A DNA stretch of 64,000 nt, from assembly GCA_945874665.1 (NCBI GenBank), contig CAMCHJ010000004.1, forward strand, positions 1,169-65,168. Direction: 5' to 3'. Positions 28,074 through 38,113 of the stretch are shown piece after piece. Source of the DNA: Chitinophaga pinensis. GTDB taxonomy: Bacteria > Bacteroidota > Bacteroidia > UBA7662. The position numbers and the translations under genes are program-made. The notes beneath the pieces are model-generated. The model had not been told where the DNA came from. It saw only the letters and a program-made list of their open reading frames with translations, and made no database searches. Position 1 is the first letter of the stretch. Each line of letters begins with the position of its first letter.

Positions 28074-28368
28074 ACGCTACAGCTTGGGATAATGGCACAC
28101 ACTAAAGTCATGATGCAAATGCGAGGCATCCTGAAACAGGAGGAAATAAACGGGGTGATTTGCTCAACGCCTAATTGGTCAACCCCCCAAAAATTTATTA
28201 CTGCCTGATGGGCTTGTATGTTATGGCATCTTTAACAGTTGCGCCACAACAGCCTGGCTACTCTAACTACATCGGAAAGCTAAACCACAGCTCTTGATTG
28301 CCATCCCGCAAATTTGGTGCCTCAGTGCTTTGAAGTAGCTGATTATTAAGTATCTTACCTAGTAAAAG

Positions 28369-28782
28369 GTGTATATGAAAAATGCATTGATGTTATGGGC
28401 GGTTGTGTTGTTAGCGGCCCTACTCACGGCTTGTTTTCCTGATCGCAAAGAAATTCGAGAAAACACTTGGATAGCCGTTTCATTAAAGCCAAGTGCCACC
28501 GATAGTACATGGAATCCGGGTGCAGTGTATGAACTTACCTTTCCAGAAAAACGCACTTTTTCAATTCGACTTGATGTGAACAGCTGTGGTGGAATTGCGG
28601 CTTTTAACCCCAATAACATCATTTTTTTTAATGATATCAGTTGTTCAGAGGCTTGCTGTGATAGTCCTTTTGCAACCGAAATGTTGCGTTTATTAGCTGA
28701 AGTAAATCGATATCAGTTTAACGATGACCAACTAGAGCTTACGGGTAACAATGGGATCGTCATTAATTTTACCCGTAAATAG
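28369..28782 (+). CDS. hypothetical lipoprotein
   Basis: Lipobox LLTACF. 137 aa with several Cys. No recognised domain. Confidence 0.45.
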   Translation: MYMKNALMLWAVVLLAALLTACFPDRKEIRENTWIAVSLKPSATDSTWNPGAVYELTFPEKRTFSIRLDVNSCGGIAAFNPNNIIFFNDISCSEACCDSPFATEMLRLLAEVNRYQFNDDQLELTGNNGIVINFTRK

Positions 28783-28877
28783 ATGGCGGGCTCTTTGAAC
28801 TTTTTGGGCTAAAAAAGCCTTACTTTTGTGTTTTCATGGGTGATAGAAGCCTCTGATCAACAAAAAAAACTAACAAT

Positions 28878-29294
28878 ATGGCATATCCCGAATTTATGGT
28901 TGCGCCCATGCGCAGAGACCTCACCGAAGCAGGGTTTAACGAATTAAAAACAGCACAAGAAGTAGAGCAATTGTTGGGCAACAAGTCTGGTACTACCCTT
29001 GTGGTAGTAAACTCTGTTTGCGGTTGTGCCGCTGCCAATGCGCGCCCGGCCGTGAAAAAAGCTATCCAGAATGCAAAAAAGCCAGGAGTGCTCAGCACTG
29101 TCTTTGCAGGCATGGAAACCGACGCGGTTGACAAGGCCCGTGCATTTATGTTGCCCTATCCGCCTTCTTCGCCAGCCATTGCTTTGTTCAAAGATGGCCA
29201 GTTGGTGCACATGCTTGAGCGCCATCACATAGAGGGTCGCTCGGCCGATATGATTGCCGCCAATTTGGTAGAGGCCTTTGATCAGCATTGCTAG
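28878..29294 (+). CDS. bacilliredoxin (BrxA/BrxB, YphP/YqiW family, DUF1094)
   Basis: 138 aa. Redox CGC motif in VVNSVCGCAAANARP. The family-typical N-terminus MAYPEFMVAPMRRDLTE. Confidence 0.7.
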   Translation: MAYPEFMVAPMRRDLTEAGFNELKTAQEVEQLLGNKSGTTLVVVNSVCGCAAANARPAVKKAIQNAKKPGVLSTVFAGMETDAVDKARAFMLPYPPSSPAIALFKDGQLVHMLERHHIEGRSADMIAANLVEAFDQHC

Positions 29295-29322
29295 TTCGAA
29301 GGTCCGCACGCATTACAATAAC

Positions 29323-29360
29323 TAAAAAGCCCTGCTTGATAATTCGAGCAGGGCTTTTAA
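29323..29360. terminator. bidirectional rho-independent terminator between the convergent bacilliredoxin and patatin genes
   Basis: AGCCCTGCT-(10 nt loop)-AGCAGGGCT 9-bp stem flanked by a T-run on the plus side and TTTTAGT on the minus side. Confidence 0.55.
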
Positions 29361-29373
29361 ATAAAACCGTGTT

Positions 29374-30150
29374 TTAAACGTTGGCTTCCGCCAAGGCTTT
29401 GAGTCGTTCTTTGGCTGCTTGGTACCCAATAGCATACATTTCGGCACCTTTATCGATCGAAAACAAATGAAATTTTTCCATCTGCGAAGGTTCAATGTAC
29501 ACATCTAGCAAGGGAATGCTTTGCGCTACGTTGTTGTGAATGGCAATGTTCAATACCCTTTCAATGCTCTGCATCCAGCCGTCTACCTGATCAACGTAGC
29601 CCACTGGGTTTACATTTACGCCTACTAGGCGCTCGCAAAGACCAGATAAAGCTGCTGCCGGCAAGTTTTCTGTCAACCCGCCATCTACATACAGGTGCTC
29701 GTTTAAGCGAATCGGTTCAAAAAGCAAGGGAATGGCGCAGGAGGCGAGAATGGGCAGCAGTAATTCACCTTTGTTGAAGTAAACAGACTTCCCTGAGCCC
29801 AAATCTGTAGCAGCTATCCAAAGTGGCAGGGCTAATTCTTCAAAATTTTTGGCAGTTATGTGCCTTTTGAGTGCGTTTTTAAGTCCAGTGGAACTCAACA
29901 GCCCACCCGCGCTCCATTTAAACTTAACCAAACTAAAGTTTTTCTCCTTATCGAAAATCTCTTTGATTTCGGCTGGATGCTTGCCATCAGCCAAGAGTGC
30001 GCCAATGATGGCGCCCACACTGGTGCCGGCAATGGCATCGAAGGAAAAACCGGCCTCGTAAAACGCGCTGAGCACACCCAAATGACCGTAGCCTTTGGCA
30101 GCACCGCCCGACAATACAAGACCGGTTTTAAACTTTTTGGTATCCCTCAT
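29374..30150 (-). CDS. patatin-like phospholipase
   Basis: Oxyanion GGAAKG, serine lipase motif GTSVG, catalytic Asp in the DGG motif (YVDGGLTEN). Confidence 0.85.
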   Translation of the reverse strand: MRDTKKFKTGLVLSGGAAKGYGHLGVLSAFYEAGFSFDAIAGTSVGAIIGALLADGKHPAEIKEIFDKEKNFSLVKFKWSAGGLLSSTGLKNALKRHITAKNFEELALPLWIAATDLGSGKSVYFNKGELLLPILASCAIPLLFEPIRLNEHLYVDGGLTENLPAAALSGLCERLVGVNVNPVGYVDQVDGWMQSIERVLNIAIHNNVAQSIPLLDVYIEPSQMEKFHLFSIDKGAEMYAIGYQAAKERLKALAEANV

Positions 30151-31178
30151 TAAGCCTCGGCTTCTACTGGGGCGGCCGCGAGTTTTCCTTTCAAATGGTC
30201 CTTGATTTTCATTTCGATTTCTTCGGCCAAGTCAGGATTGTCCTTGAGCAATTGCTTAACGGCATCGCGCCCTTGACCCAATTTAGTTTCGCCATAGCTG
30301 TACCAAGAACCGCTTTTCTTAACGATGCCCAGTTCACTGCCGAGATCCACAATTTCGCCGTCTTTTGACACGCCTTCGCCGTACACAATGTCGAATTCAC
30401 ATTGACGGAAAGGTGGTGCTACTTTATTTTTCACAACTTTGATACGTACCCGGTTACCAGTTACATCCAAACCATCTTTGATTTGGCCGATGCGACGAAT
30501 ATCGAGTCGTATAGATGCATAAAACTTAAGTGCGTTACCACCAGTGGTTGTTTCAGGATTTCCGAACATTACACCAATTTTTTCACGCAATTGGTTGATG
30601 AATACACATACACAACCTGTTTTGTTGATGCTACCTGTGAGTTTACGCAAGGCTTGCGACATTAAACGCGCTTGTAAACCCATCATCGAATCACCCATTT
30701 CGCCTTCAATTTCGGCTTTAGGTACAAGTGCTGCCACGGAGTCGATTACAATGATATCGATGGCGCCTGAGCGAATCAGGTTATCGGCAATTTCGAGCGC
30801 CTGTTCCCCATTATCTGGCTGTGAAATCAGCAAATTGGCGGTATCGATGCCCAAATTTTCGGCGTAGGTTTTATCGAAGGCATGCTCTGCATCGATAAAG
30901 GCCGCCAAACCACCTTTTTTCTGCGCTTCTGCAATGGCATGCATCGCGATGGTGGTTTTACCAGATGATTCTGGTCCGTAGATTTCAATTACCCTACCGC
31001 GTGGGAATCCACCAATGCCAAGGGCAATGTCTAATCCCAGCGATCCTGAAGGAATCACATCCACATTTACGACACGTTGGTCACCCATTTTCATGACCAC
31101 ACCTTTGCCGTACGACTTCTCGAGTTTGTCGAGCGTAAGCTGCAGGGCTTTTTGTTTTTCGTTTACTGTACTGCTCAT
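30150..31178 (-). CDS. recA: recombinase RecA
   Basis: Walker [10 protein letters not shown]. Full-length RecA homology throughout. Confidence 0.95.
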   Translation of the reverse strand: MSSTVNEKQKALQLTLDKLEKSYGKGVVMKMGDQRVVNVDVIPSGSLGLDIALGIGGFPRGRVIEIYGPESSGKTTIAMHAIAEAQKKGGLAAFIDAEHAFDKTYAENLGIDTANLLISQPDNGEQALEIADNLIRSGAIDIIVIDSVAALVPKAEIEGEMGDSMMGLQARLMSQALRKLTGSINKTGCVCVFINQLREKIGVMFGNPETTTGGNALKFYASIRLDIRRIGQIKDGLDVTGNRVRIKVVKNKVAPPFRQCEFDIVYGEGVSKDGEIVDLGSELGIVKKSGSWYSYGETKLGQGRDAVKQLLKDNPDLAEEIEMKIKDHLKGKLAAAPVEAEA

Positions 31179-31322
31179 ATCGTTTAAAATTTACTTTCAG
31201 TTTAGGCTTCTAAATTACGGAGATAAACAACCGCTTGTTAACCCGTTTTCCGCATTCTTTTGCACAAATTACGCATCTTCATTTGTCATCTCTTGTCAAA
31301 TTATTAAAACAGGTAATTACAC

Positions 31323-32075
31323 ATGGCATACAACCAGCTAATACTTTCTGCGTTTCTCATACAACAAACGTATCCAGCATTTATCTTTGGTGTAGTGAAA
31401 GTACTTTTTTCCCTCTTTATCAGCTGTTGCTGTTTGGTGCTTGTGGCTCAGGCTCAAAGCCCCAAGAGCGACCGCAAGGCCGTGCAGTTTTCGGGTCTCA
31501 CCGTGAGTTCTGATAGCATGGACGTCATTCCTTTTACGACCATCTTGGTAAAAAACCGTTTCAAAGGCACGGTTAGCGACAACAGCGGTTTTTTTTCCTT
31601 TGTTGCCTTAGAAGGAGATACCATTGTTTTTAGCGGGATAGGCTACAAAACTTCGCTGATGGTTGTTGATAAAGAAGCCGCCGCCGATGATATTTTTTCG
31701 GTTCTAATGCCCATGATGCGCGATACATTAGAGCTGCCCATGGCCATCATCTATCCCTGGCCAAGCAAAGAGGCGTTTAGGCAAGAATTTTTAGCATTGG
31801 AGCTCAAAGACGACATCTACACCCGCGCCGCCCGCAATCTAGAAAACGAGTTGTTGGCGCAATTAGCCAGCGCCATGACCATGGATGCTTCCGAAAACCA
31901 GCGTATGTACATGCAAAAAACCATTGCACAAACGTATTATGCCGGCGGACAACAGAATTTTCAGCAGCTGGGAGGTCCAAATGCCATACCCATTCCCTCG
32001 ACTTTGTTGAATCCTTTGGCTTGGGCTGAGTTTGTTAAAGCCATCAAACGAGGTGACTTTAAGCGGAAAAAGTAG
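31323..32075 (+). CDS. hypothetical protein (carboxypeptidase-regulatory-like beta-sandwich domain)
   Basis: Hydrophobic N-terminus. Block FSGLTVSSDSMDVIPFTTILVKNRFKGTVSDNSGFFSFVALEGDTIVFSGIGYK resembles the CarbopepD_reg fold. Start is uncertain. Confidence 0.4.
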   Translation: MAYNQLILSAFLIQQTYPAFIFGVVKVLFSLFISCCCLVLVAQAQSPKSDRKAVQFSGLTVSSDSMDVIPFTTILVKNRFKGTVSDNSGFFSFVALEGDTIVFSGIGYKTSLMVVDKEAAADDIFSVLMPMMRDTLELPMAIIYPWPSKEAFRQEFLALELKDDIYTRAARNLENELLAQLASAMTMDASENQRMYMQKTIAQTYYAGGQQNFQQLGGPNAIPIPSTLLNPLAWAEFVKAIKRGDFKRKK

Positions 32076-32083
32076 TCTACAGC

Positions 32084-34498
32084 ATGCCAAATCCACTATT
32101 GCACCGTATCAAAGCCTTCCTATCCAAGCTTGTGCAGCTACTAACGTTGGGATGGCGAAAGCTCTCCAAACCCGCCGTCTGGAACAGAACCAGGTACAAA
32201 AAACTTACATCTGGCCGCAAGGCACTCAGTTGGCTCTATTCTGGCTTTATGGTGCTGCTCATGGCAGCCATTGCGCTTGAGCTTAACTTTTTGTGGTTAT
32301 TTGGAGCGATGCCGAGTATGCTGGAAGTACAACGCGCCGAAATGAGTCAGGCCTCCGAAATTTACGCTGCCGATGGCCAACTCCTTGGCAAGTATTACAC
32401 TGAAAATAGGAGTCCTGTTGCATACGATTCTATTCAACCCTTCCTCCTCCAAACCCTCATTGCAGTAGAGGATGAGCGTTTTTATCAACACATAGGCATT
32501 GATTTTAAGGCCATTGGTGCCGCTTTGAGGGATGCAGCACGGGGTCAGGCCCGCGGCGCCAGTACCATCACCCAACAATTGGCCAAAAATCTTTTTCAAA
32601 CCCGAACCGATGGCACGGGTTTATTAGGCAAGCTCCCGGGCGTGTCGGTTTTGTTAGCCAAAGCCAAAGAATGGATCACCGCCTTAAAGCTGGAGGTGTT
32701 TTTTAACAAGCAAGAAATTTTAGCCTTATACCTCAATACGGTGGACTTTGGGAGAAATAGCTTTGGCATTAAAAGTGCAGCCAAGACCTATTTTAACAAA
32801 GCACCGAGTGAACTTTTGCCTGAAGAATGTGCCGTTTTAGTGGGCATGCTCAAGGCCCCCACCTACTACAATCCCGTAGCCAATCCTAAAAACTCCCTGC
32901 GCCGACGCAACGTGGTACTGCAGCAGCTCCAAGCACAAGGGCTCATCACCGAAAAGCAGCTGCAGCAGCTGAGCCAAAAACCCATCAAGCTGCAATACAA
33001 AGAAGAAGAGGTTACCGATGGCTTGGCACCCTATTTTAGATCGGAGTTGGCCAAGTGGTTGCGCGATTATCTCAAAACAAATTACGGCGACAAATACAAC
33101 ATTTATACCAGTGGTTTACGCATCGAAACCACGCTCGATACCCGGATGCAAGTGCACGGGGAGGCGGCGGTAGGACAAACCATGCGCCGTTTGCAACGCA
33201 GGTTTGAAGAACATTGGCGCGGACGCATTCCCTGGGAGCTGCCCGATGGACAAGAGGATTCGACCTGGTTCGCAACCCTGGTACAACGCACCGACCGCTA
33301 TAAAGCTGCAAAAAAGGCTGGGGTTGCTGAGGCAGCCATCTGGCAACAGCTGGCCGAGCCAGTGGAGATGGAGTTGTTTGATTGGCAGGGCAGCAAGCAG
33401 GTAACGATGAGTCCACTCGATTCGCTGCGCCACGACCTCAAAATGCTGCAGTGCGGCATGGTGGCGGTTGACCCCTTTTCTGGTCAAATCAGGATGTGGG
33501 TGGGCGGCATCAATTTTAGGCATTATAAATACGACCACGTAAAGCAGATGCGCCGCCAGCCAGGCTCTACTTTTAAGCCATTTGTGTATGCCGCGGCCAT
33601 TGAACAGGGTAGGGGCCCGTGCGACAAATTGGTTGATAAGCCTGTAACCGTGGTTTACCAAGAAAATGGAGAAGAAAAGCGGTGGTCGCCACGCAACGCC
33701 GACTGGCAGTTTACTTACAGCGAATACACCCTGCGCCGGGGCATGGCACGCTCCATCAATACCATTGCCGCACAGCTCACCGAAATAGTAGGGCCCGCGG
33801 CAGTAGTTGATATTGCCAAGCGACTGGGCATTGAAAGTCCGCTTGAAGCCCTCCCCGCCATCGGACTCGGGGCCAGCGACGTTTCCCTGCTCGAAATGGC
33901 GGGTGCTTACGCGGCCTTTATGAACCGTGGCGAGTGGATTGAACCACATTTTGTAACCCGGGTGTTTGACCGCAAGGGCAAGCTCATTTTTGAGTTTGAG
34001 CCGAAGCGGCGACAAGCCATTACGCCTGAAACGGCATACTTAATGACCTATATGCTGCGTGGCGGTACAGAGGAGGGCGGCGGCACCTCACAGGCGTTGT
34101 TCGAATTTGATATTTTTAAAGGCAACAACCAAATTGGGGGTAAAACCGGTACTTCGCAATCTTATTCAGATGGTTGGTTTGTGGGGATGACCAAAGATTT
34201 AGTTGTAGGCAGTTGGGTGGGTGCCGACCAGCGCAAGGTGCATTTTAGGACCTCCCAAACGGGTGAAGGCAGCAAGACCGCCTTGCCGATTGCAGGCAAA
34301 TTTTTGGAATTGGCCTACGACGATGTACTTAAAATGGGGCCCTTCCCTGAGGCTAGGGTGAAGATTAATAAGCCGTACAACTGCCGCACCATATTAAAAG
34401 CGACAGTTGTTGATAGTTTGGAAGTTTTGGAAGAAGAAGATCCAGTATTACCGGAGCTACCAAGCAATGACGATGCACCGCCGGTTAGCCCACAATAA
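32084..34498 (+). CDS. mrcA: penicillin-binding protein 1A (bifunctional transglycosylase/transpeptidase)
   Basis: GT51 motifs EDERFYQHIGID and GASTITQQLAKN. Transpeptidase motifs STFKP, SRN-like and KTG (GGKTGTS). Confidence 0.9.
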   Translation: MPNPLLHRIKAFLSKLVQLLTLGWRKLSKPAVWNRTRYKKLTSGRKALSWLYSGFMVLLMAAIALELNFLWLFGAMPSMLEVQRAEMSQASEIYAADGQLLGKYYTENRSPVAYDSIQPFLLQTLIAVEDERFYQHIGIDFKAIGAALRDAARGQARGASTITQQLAKNLFQTRTDGTGLLGKLPGVSVLLAKAKEWITALKLEVFFNKQEILALYLNTVDFGRNSFGIKSAAKTYFNKAPSELLPEECAVLVGMLKAPTYYNPVANPKNSLRRRNVVLQQLQAQGLITEKQLQQLSQKPIKLQYKEEEVTDGLAPYFRSELAKWLRDYLKTNYGDKYNIYTSGLRIETTLDTRMQVHGEAAVGQTMRRLQRRFEEHWRGRIPWELPDGQEDSTWFATLVQRTDRYKAAKKAGVAEAAIWQQLAEPVEMELFDWQGSKQVTMSPLDSLRHDLKMLQCGMVAVDPFSGQIRMWVGGINFRHYKYDHVKQMRRQPGSTFKPFVYAAAIEQGRGPCDKLVDKPVTVVYQENGEEKRWSPRNADWQFTYSEYTLRRGMARSINTIAAQLTEIVGPAAVVDIAKRLGIESPLEALPAIGLGASDVSLLEMAGAYAAFMNRGEWIEPHFVTRVFDRKGKLIFEFEPKRRQAITPETAYLMTYMLRGGTEEGGGTSQALFEFDIFKGNNQIGGKTGTSQSYSDGWFVGMTKDLVVGSWVGADQRKVHFRTSQTGEGSKTALPIAGKFLELAYDDVLKMGPFPEARVKINKPYNCRTILKATVVDSLEVLEEEDPVLPELPSNDDAPPVSPQ

Positions 34499-34518
34499 AC
34501 AGTGAGGCAGGCGTAAAC

Positions 34519-36099
34519 CTAGTAAAAAGTAAACTTTACCAATCTATACGGCCCTTTTGCCGAATGTGCCAAGGCAACTGATTGGGTGCGGTTGATGGCA
34601 AAGGCAGAAAACGGCAGCACAATGCTGCCTTCTTCTTTGTCGATAAACAACTCATCGGCCTCCAATTTGCCATATTTATCTACATAGGCAATCATCGCAC
34701 TGCTGCTTTTGGTATCTGGCCGTACCATGCTCTCCTTTTTTACGGGATCGCTGATTTCGCGGTTGGCGGGATGGTCGTTGTAAAGGAATGCCACTTTATC
34801 GCGCACCATGCCGGTGATAAAGGAAACGCTGGCGCCTTCGTCGTTTTCAGGACTTTGGTTGAGGGCGAGGCTCGACTGCCAATCAACTGAACCGCGGGCG
34901 TTGAAGTTCACAATCATCATGCCTTGCACATAATGGGTTATTTTGCTCTTGGCATCGGGCCAGCTTTCCGGTTTTTGTCCCGATGGCACTTCTTTGTTCA
35001 CGCGGCGAATTTCACCAATCAGGTACACATTGCCGTTTGAGCTCACCAAAATCGATGGTTTTACATCCATTACCCCTTTAATAATCTTGCGCGGGATGTT
35101 GGTATCAACAAATTTGCGCAGGGTAGCCTTGTGGATTTCTACAAAGGCTTTGTCGAGCGGCTCTACCGTTTTGCGCAGCACTTGGTGGGTAATGATGTCG
35201 GTGGTGGTGATGAAGCTGCCATTTAAGCCCGACCGCTGTGAGGCACCGTAAAAGCCAGCGGCATGCAGTTTATCATCGCTTTTGGCGAGATTAATCACCA
35301 CTTCGTGAACAAAAGTGCCTTCGCCCACATTTACTGGATATTCACGGGTAGTGCCTTTTTCTACCTCATAATTTAAGATCGTCCAATAATAAGGCAACTC
35401 TACCCGTACGGGTCTTTTGCTCATGTTTACGTTCGAAACTTTGGCGGTGAGAAACAGATTGGTGCTGCCATCGGCGATCACCATACCGGGTTCGGTGGCT
35501 TTTTCGTTAAAAGGACTCACCAGGATTTTATCGGCTTTGATAGCGCGCTTTTTATCAAGCACTTTGTAGCTGAATTTGCTGGCTTCGCCTACCGCCACAG
35601 ACTTGCTGCGGAAGTAATAAAATAACTTGCCATCATTGCTTTTGCCAATCAACGGTGTTACCGAGCGAGGATCGATGCCTTCTGTGCCTTTGATTTCGTC
35701 GAGCACCATAAACTCGCTGCCGTAAGTGCCATTAGGGTCGAGTGACCAAGCGTAAATGGTACGTACTTTTTCGGATTCGGCATAAAAGGAAGTGATCATA
35801 ATCAACTCATCTTCAATGCTCATCACTTGCATCAGCTCGTGCTTAATTTTGTTTTCGGCAGGAAGCTTGAGTTCATAGGTGGCTTCCAGGTTTAAGGAAG
35901 GGTCGAAGGCATGAATTTCGTAACTATCGGCTTTTTTGGTGTGCAGAACGAGGGTGTTCGACTTATTGGCAGCAAATATATACGTTTGCTTGCCGGTGAT
36001 TTTTTCTTTGGCTGGAAGGCCTACTTGGATACCCAACGATTGGGCGCTCAAGAGGTTAACACTGAAGATTAAAATCGCGGCTAAGAGCAGCTTTTTCAT
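34519..36099 (-). CDS. hypothetical secreted protein, 526 aa
   Basis: Signal peptide MKKLLLAAILIFSVNLLSAQS. No recognisable catalytic motif. Confidence 0.5.
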   Translation of the reverse strand: MKKLLLAAILIFSVNLLSAQSLGIQVGLPAKEKITGKQTYIFAANKSNTLVLHTKKADSYEIHAFDPSLNLEATYELKLPAENKIKHELMQVMSIEDELIMITSFYAESEKVRTIYAWSLDPNGTYGSEFMVLDEIKGTEGIDPRSVTPLIGKSNDGKLFYYFRSKSVAVGEASKFSYKVLDKKRAIKADKILVSPFNEKATEPGMVIADGSTNLFLTAKVSNVNMSKRPVRVELPYYWTILNYEVEKGTTREYPVNVGEGTFVHEVVINLAKSDDKLHAAGFYGASQRSGLNGSFITTTDIITHQVLRKTVEPLDKAFVEIHKATLRKFVDTNIPRKIIKGVMDVKPSILVSSNGNVYLIGEIRRVNKEVPSGQKPESWPDAKSKITHYVQGMMIVNFNARGSVDWQSSLALNQSPENDEGASVSFITGMVRDKVAFLYNDHPANREISDPVKKESMVRPDTKSSSAMIAYVDKYGKLEADELFIDKEEGSIVLPFSAFAINRTQSVALAHSAKGPYRLVKFTFY

Positions 36100-36186
36100 G
36101 GTAAAGAATATTTTGAAGTCTAAAAACCGAATTGTTCTGAGGCTAAATTAAGGAATTCAGCAAACTTTCAAGCCTTTGGCGTAAAA

Positions 36187-36945
36187 TCACCAACGACCGC
36201 TGGCACCGCCACCGCCCGACATGCCTCCGCCGAAGCCGCCAAAGCCGCCACCGCCACCTCCGCCACCAAAGCCACCACCACCCATTGGGAAGAAGAAAGG
36301 AGGCTGGTAACCTGCCCGGCCTTTGCCGCTGAAGCTCTGACCGCCGCCGTTGCGCGAGTTGATGATGCTGATGAGGATTACCACGATGAGAATGACCACC
36401 AAAGAACCAGGCCCTTTTTTGTCGCCTTTGCCCTTAGCATCGGCTGTGTAGGCGCCCTCGAGCACCTGAATCACCGATTTACTAGCCGCATACAAGCCAC
36501 CGGCATAGTCGCCCGAGCGGAAATTAGGTACCATCTCACGCTCAATAATGCGCCGCGAAAGGGCATCGGTGAGGCGGTCTTCAAGCCCGTAGCCCACTTC
36601 CATGCGCACAGCCCGCTCTTCCATTGATAGCAAGATGAGCAGACCGTTGTTTTTGCTTTTTTGACCTATCCCCCAAGCTTCATACAGCTTATTGGCGTAA
36701 TCAGCGATTTCGTAACCGCCCAAACTAGGCACGGTAACGATGGTGATTTGGGTGGAGGTGCTGTCGCTGTAGCTCACCAACATGGTTTCGAGCTTGTTGA
36801 GCTCCATGCGATTGAGTACCTGGGCAAAGTCGTTCACCAAGCGCACCGGCTTCATGGGTTGTGGCAGGTCCTGGGCTGACAATGGCAGCACCAGCAGCAA
36901 AAGCACACTGATTTTAACCAAAAGTGATCTCATCCGACAATTCAT
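36187..36945 (-). CDS. TPM-domain protein (YgcG-like) with transmembrane segment and Gly-rich C-terminal tail
   Basis: TPM block ITIVTVPSLGGYEIADYANKLYEAWGIGQKSKNNGLLILLSMEERAVRMEVGYGLE. C-terminal GGGFGGGGGGGGFGGFGGG. Start is ambiguous, between 36933 and 36993. Confidence 0.65.
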   Translation of the reverse strand: MNCRMRSLLVKISVLLLLVLPLSAQDLPQPMKPVRLVNDFAQVLNRMELNKLETMLVSYSDSTSTQITIVTVPSLGGYEIADYANKLYEAWGIGQKSKNNGLLILLSMEERAVRMEVGYGLEDRLTDALSRRIIEREMVPNFRSGDYAGGLYAASKSVIQVLEGAYTADAKGKGDKKGPGSLVVILIVVILISIINSRNGGGQSFSGKGRAGYQPPFFFPMGGGGFGGGGGGGGFGGFGGGMSGGGGASGRW

Positions 36946-37357
36946 TTTGGTCGTTATTGCCCTGGTGCGGGAAAAATTCCCGGAGCTTTTCACCTACTTG
37001 TTCGAGTGCTTTGCTGATCCCGCCGGCGTAATCGCCCTGCTTAAAATGCTGGGTCATGAGGGCGATTTCAGCCTCCCAAAAATCCTTGCCTACCGCCGCA
37101 TCTATGCCTTCATCTCCATAAATGGCCACCTGATGGTCTTTTACAGCAATGTACAACAGCACCCCATTGCGGGCCACGGTGTTGCGCATACCCAGCTTGC
37201 CGAATAAAAAGGTCGCCCTTGCAAGGGCATCCCCGCGTGAATAATCTTCGAGGTGTACCCGCACTTCGCCTGAGCTGGCTGCTTCGGCTTGCTGGATGGC
37301 TTGCAGTACGGTTTTTTGTCCTGCCGCGTCGAGTAATTTTTTAGCCGACTCGCTCAA
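36914..37357 (-). CDS. TPM-domain protein (soluble YgcG/Psb32-like)
   Basis: 147 aa. GEVRVHLE...NGVLLYIAVKDHQVAIYGDEG, a TPM phosphatase-like fold. Confidence 0.65.
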   Translation of the reverse strand: MSESAKKLLDAAGQKTVLQAIQQAEAASSGEVRVHLEDYSRGDALARATFLFGKLGMRNTVARNGVLLYIAVKDHQVAIYGDEGIDAAVGKDFWEAEIALMTQHFKQGDYAGGISKALEQVGEKLREFFPHQGNNDQNELSDEITFG

Positions 37358-37932
37358 AACTCAACCTTTGGGGCTTTTTCGCTGCCTTCGTCTGACTTAA
37401 AATAGCCTCTTTGTTCAAAGCCAAACCAGCCGGAGATGAAATTGTTGGGGAATTTGCGGATGTAGGTATTGTAGTCTTGCACCATTTCGTTAAACCTGCG
37501 GCGCTCTACGCTGATGCGGTTTTCGGTGCCTTCGAGCTGCGACTGCAGTTCGAGGAAGTTTTGGTTGGCTTTGAGGTCGGGGTATTTTTCAACCACCACC
37601 ATCAAACGCGACAAAGCACCGCTCAATTGGGCTTGGTTGGCTTGAAATTTTTCGATGGTAGCGGCGTCTAATTTGCTGGCATCTACGTTCATGCCGGTGG
37701 CTTTGGCCCGGGCTTCCACCACTTGGGTGAGGGTTTCTTGCTCAAAATCGGCATACCCTTTTACCGTGCTCACCAGGTTAGGAATGAGGTCGGCGCGGCG
37801 CTGGTAAGCCGTTTCAACATTGGCCCACTGCGAACTCACAGCTTCATCTTTGCTCACCATGGAGTTGTAACCGCAGCTGCTGAGCAATACCGGAATGAGG
37901 GCTAACAAACTTAATCGAAGGGCAATTTTCAT
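37354..37932 (-). CDS. lemA: LemA family protein
   Basis: N-terminal lipoprotein/transmembrane anchor and the SQWANVETAYQRRADLIPNLV LemA signature. 4-nt overlap with the downstream TPM gene. Confidence 0.8.
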   Translation of the reverse strand: MKIALRLSLLALIPVLLSSCGYNSMVSKDEAVSSQWANVETAYQRRADLIPNLVSTVKGYADFEQETLTQVVEARAKATGMNVDASKLDAATIEKFQANQAQLSGALSRLMVVVEKYPDLKANQNFLELQSQLEGTENRISVERRRFNEMVQDYNTYIRKFPNNFISGWFGFEQRGYFKSDEGSEKAPKVEF

Positions 37933-38113
37933 GTGTAGGGGTTTAATACGGCTAAAATACTGAAAAAATAGGATTAGTTGCCATGGCGCAATAGCTTTCG
38001 GATTTTACTTTGAGTAAACGCTTTTGCAGCCAAGCTGTTGTTTCAAAAGATTGTAACACCGAAAACAGATAAAAACGTCTGATTTCTATATTTTTGCAGC
38101 GTAATTAGAATTC

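Noticed and set aside
29374-31178. Patatin next to recA as a possible defence (CBASS-like) module
   Set aside because: No cyclase, sensor or other partner genes are present. The patatin is a standalone RssA-like lipase, and the flanks are housekeeping genes.
33116-34015. 299-aa minus-strand ORF
   Set aside because: Antisense to, and inside, the PBP1A gene. Its composition is Pro/Ala/Gly/Arg-rich, typical of an antisense frame.
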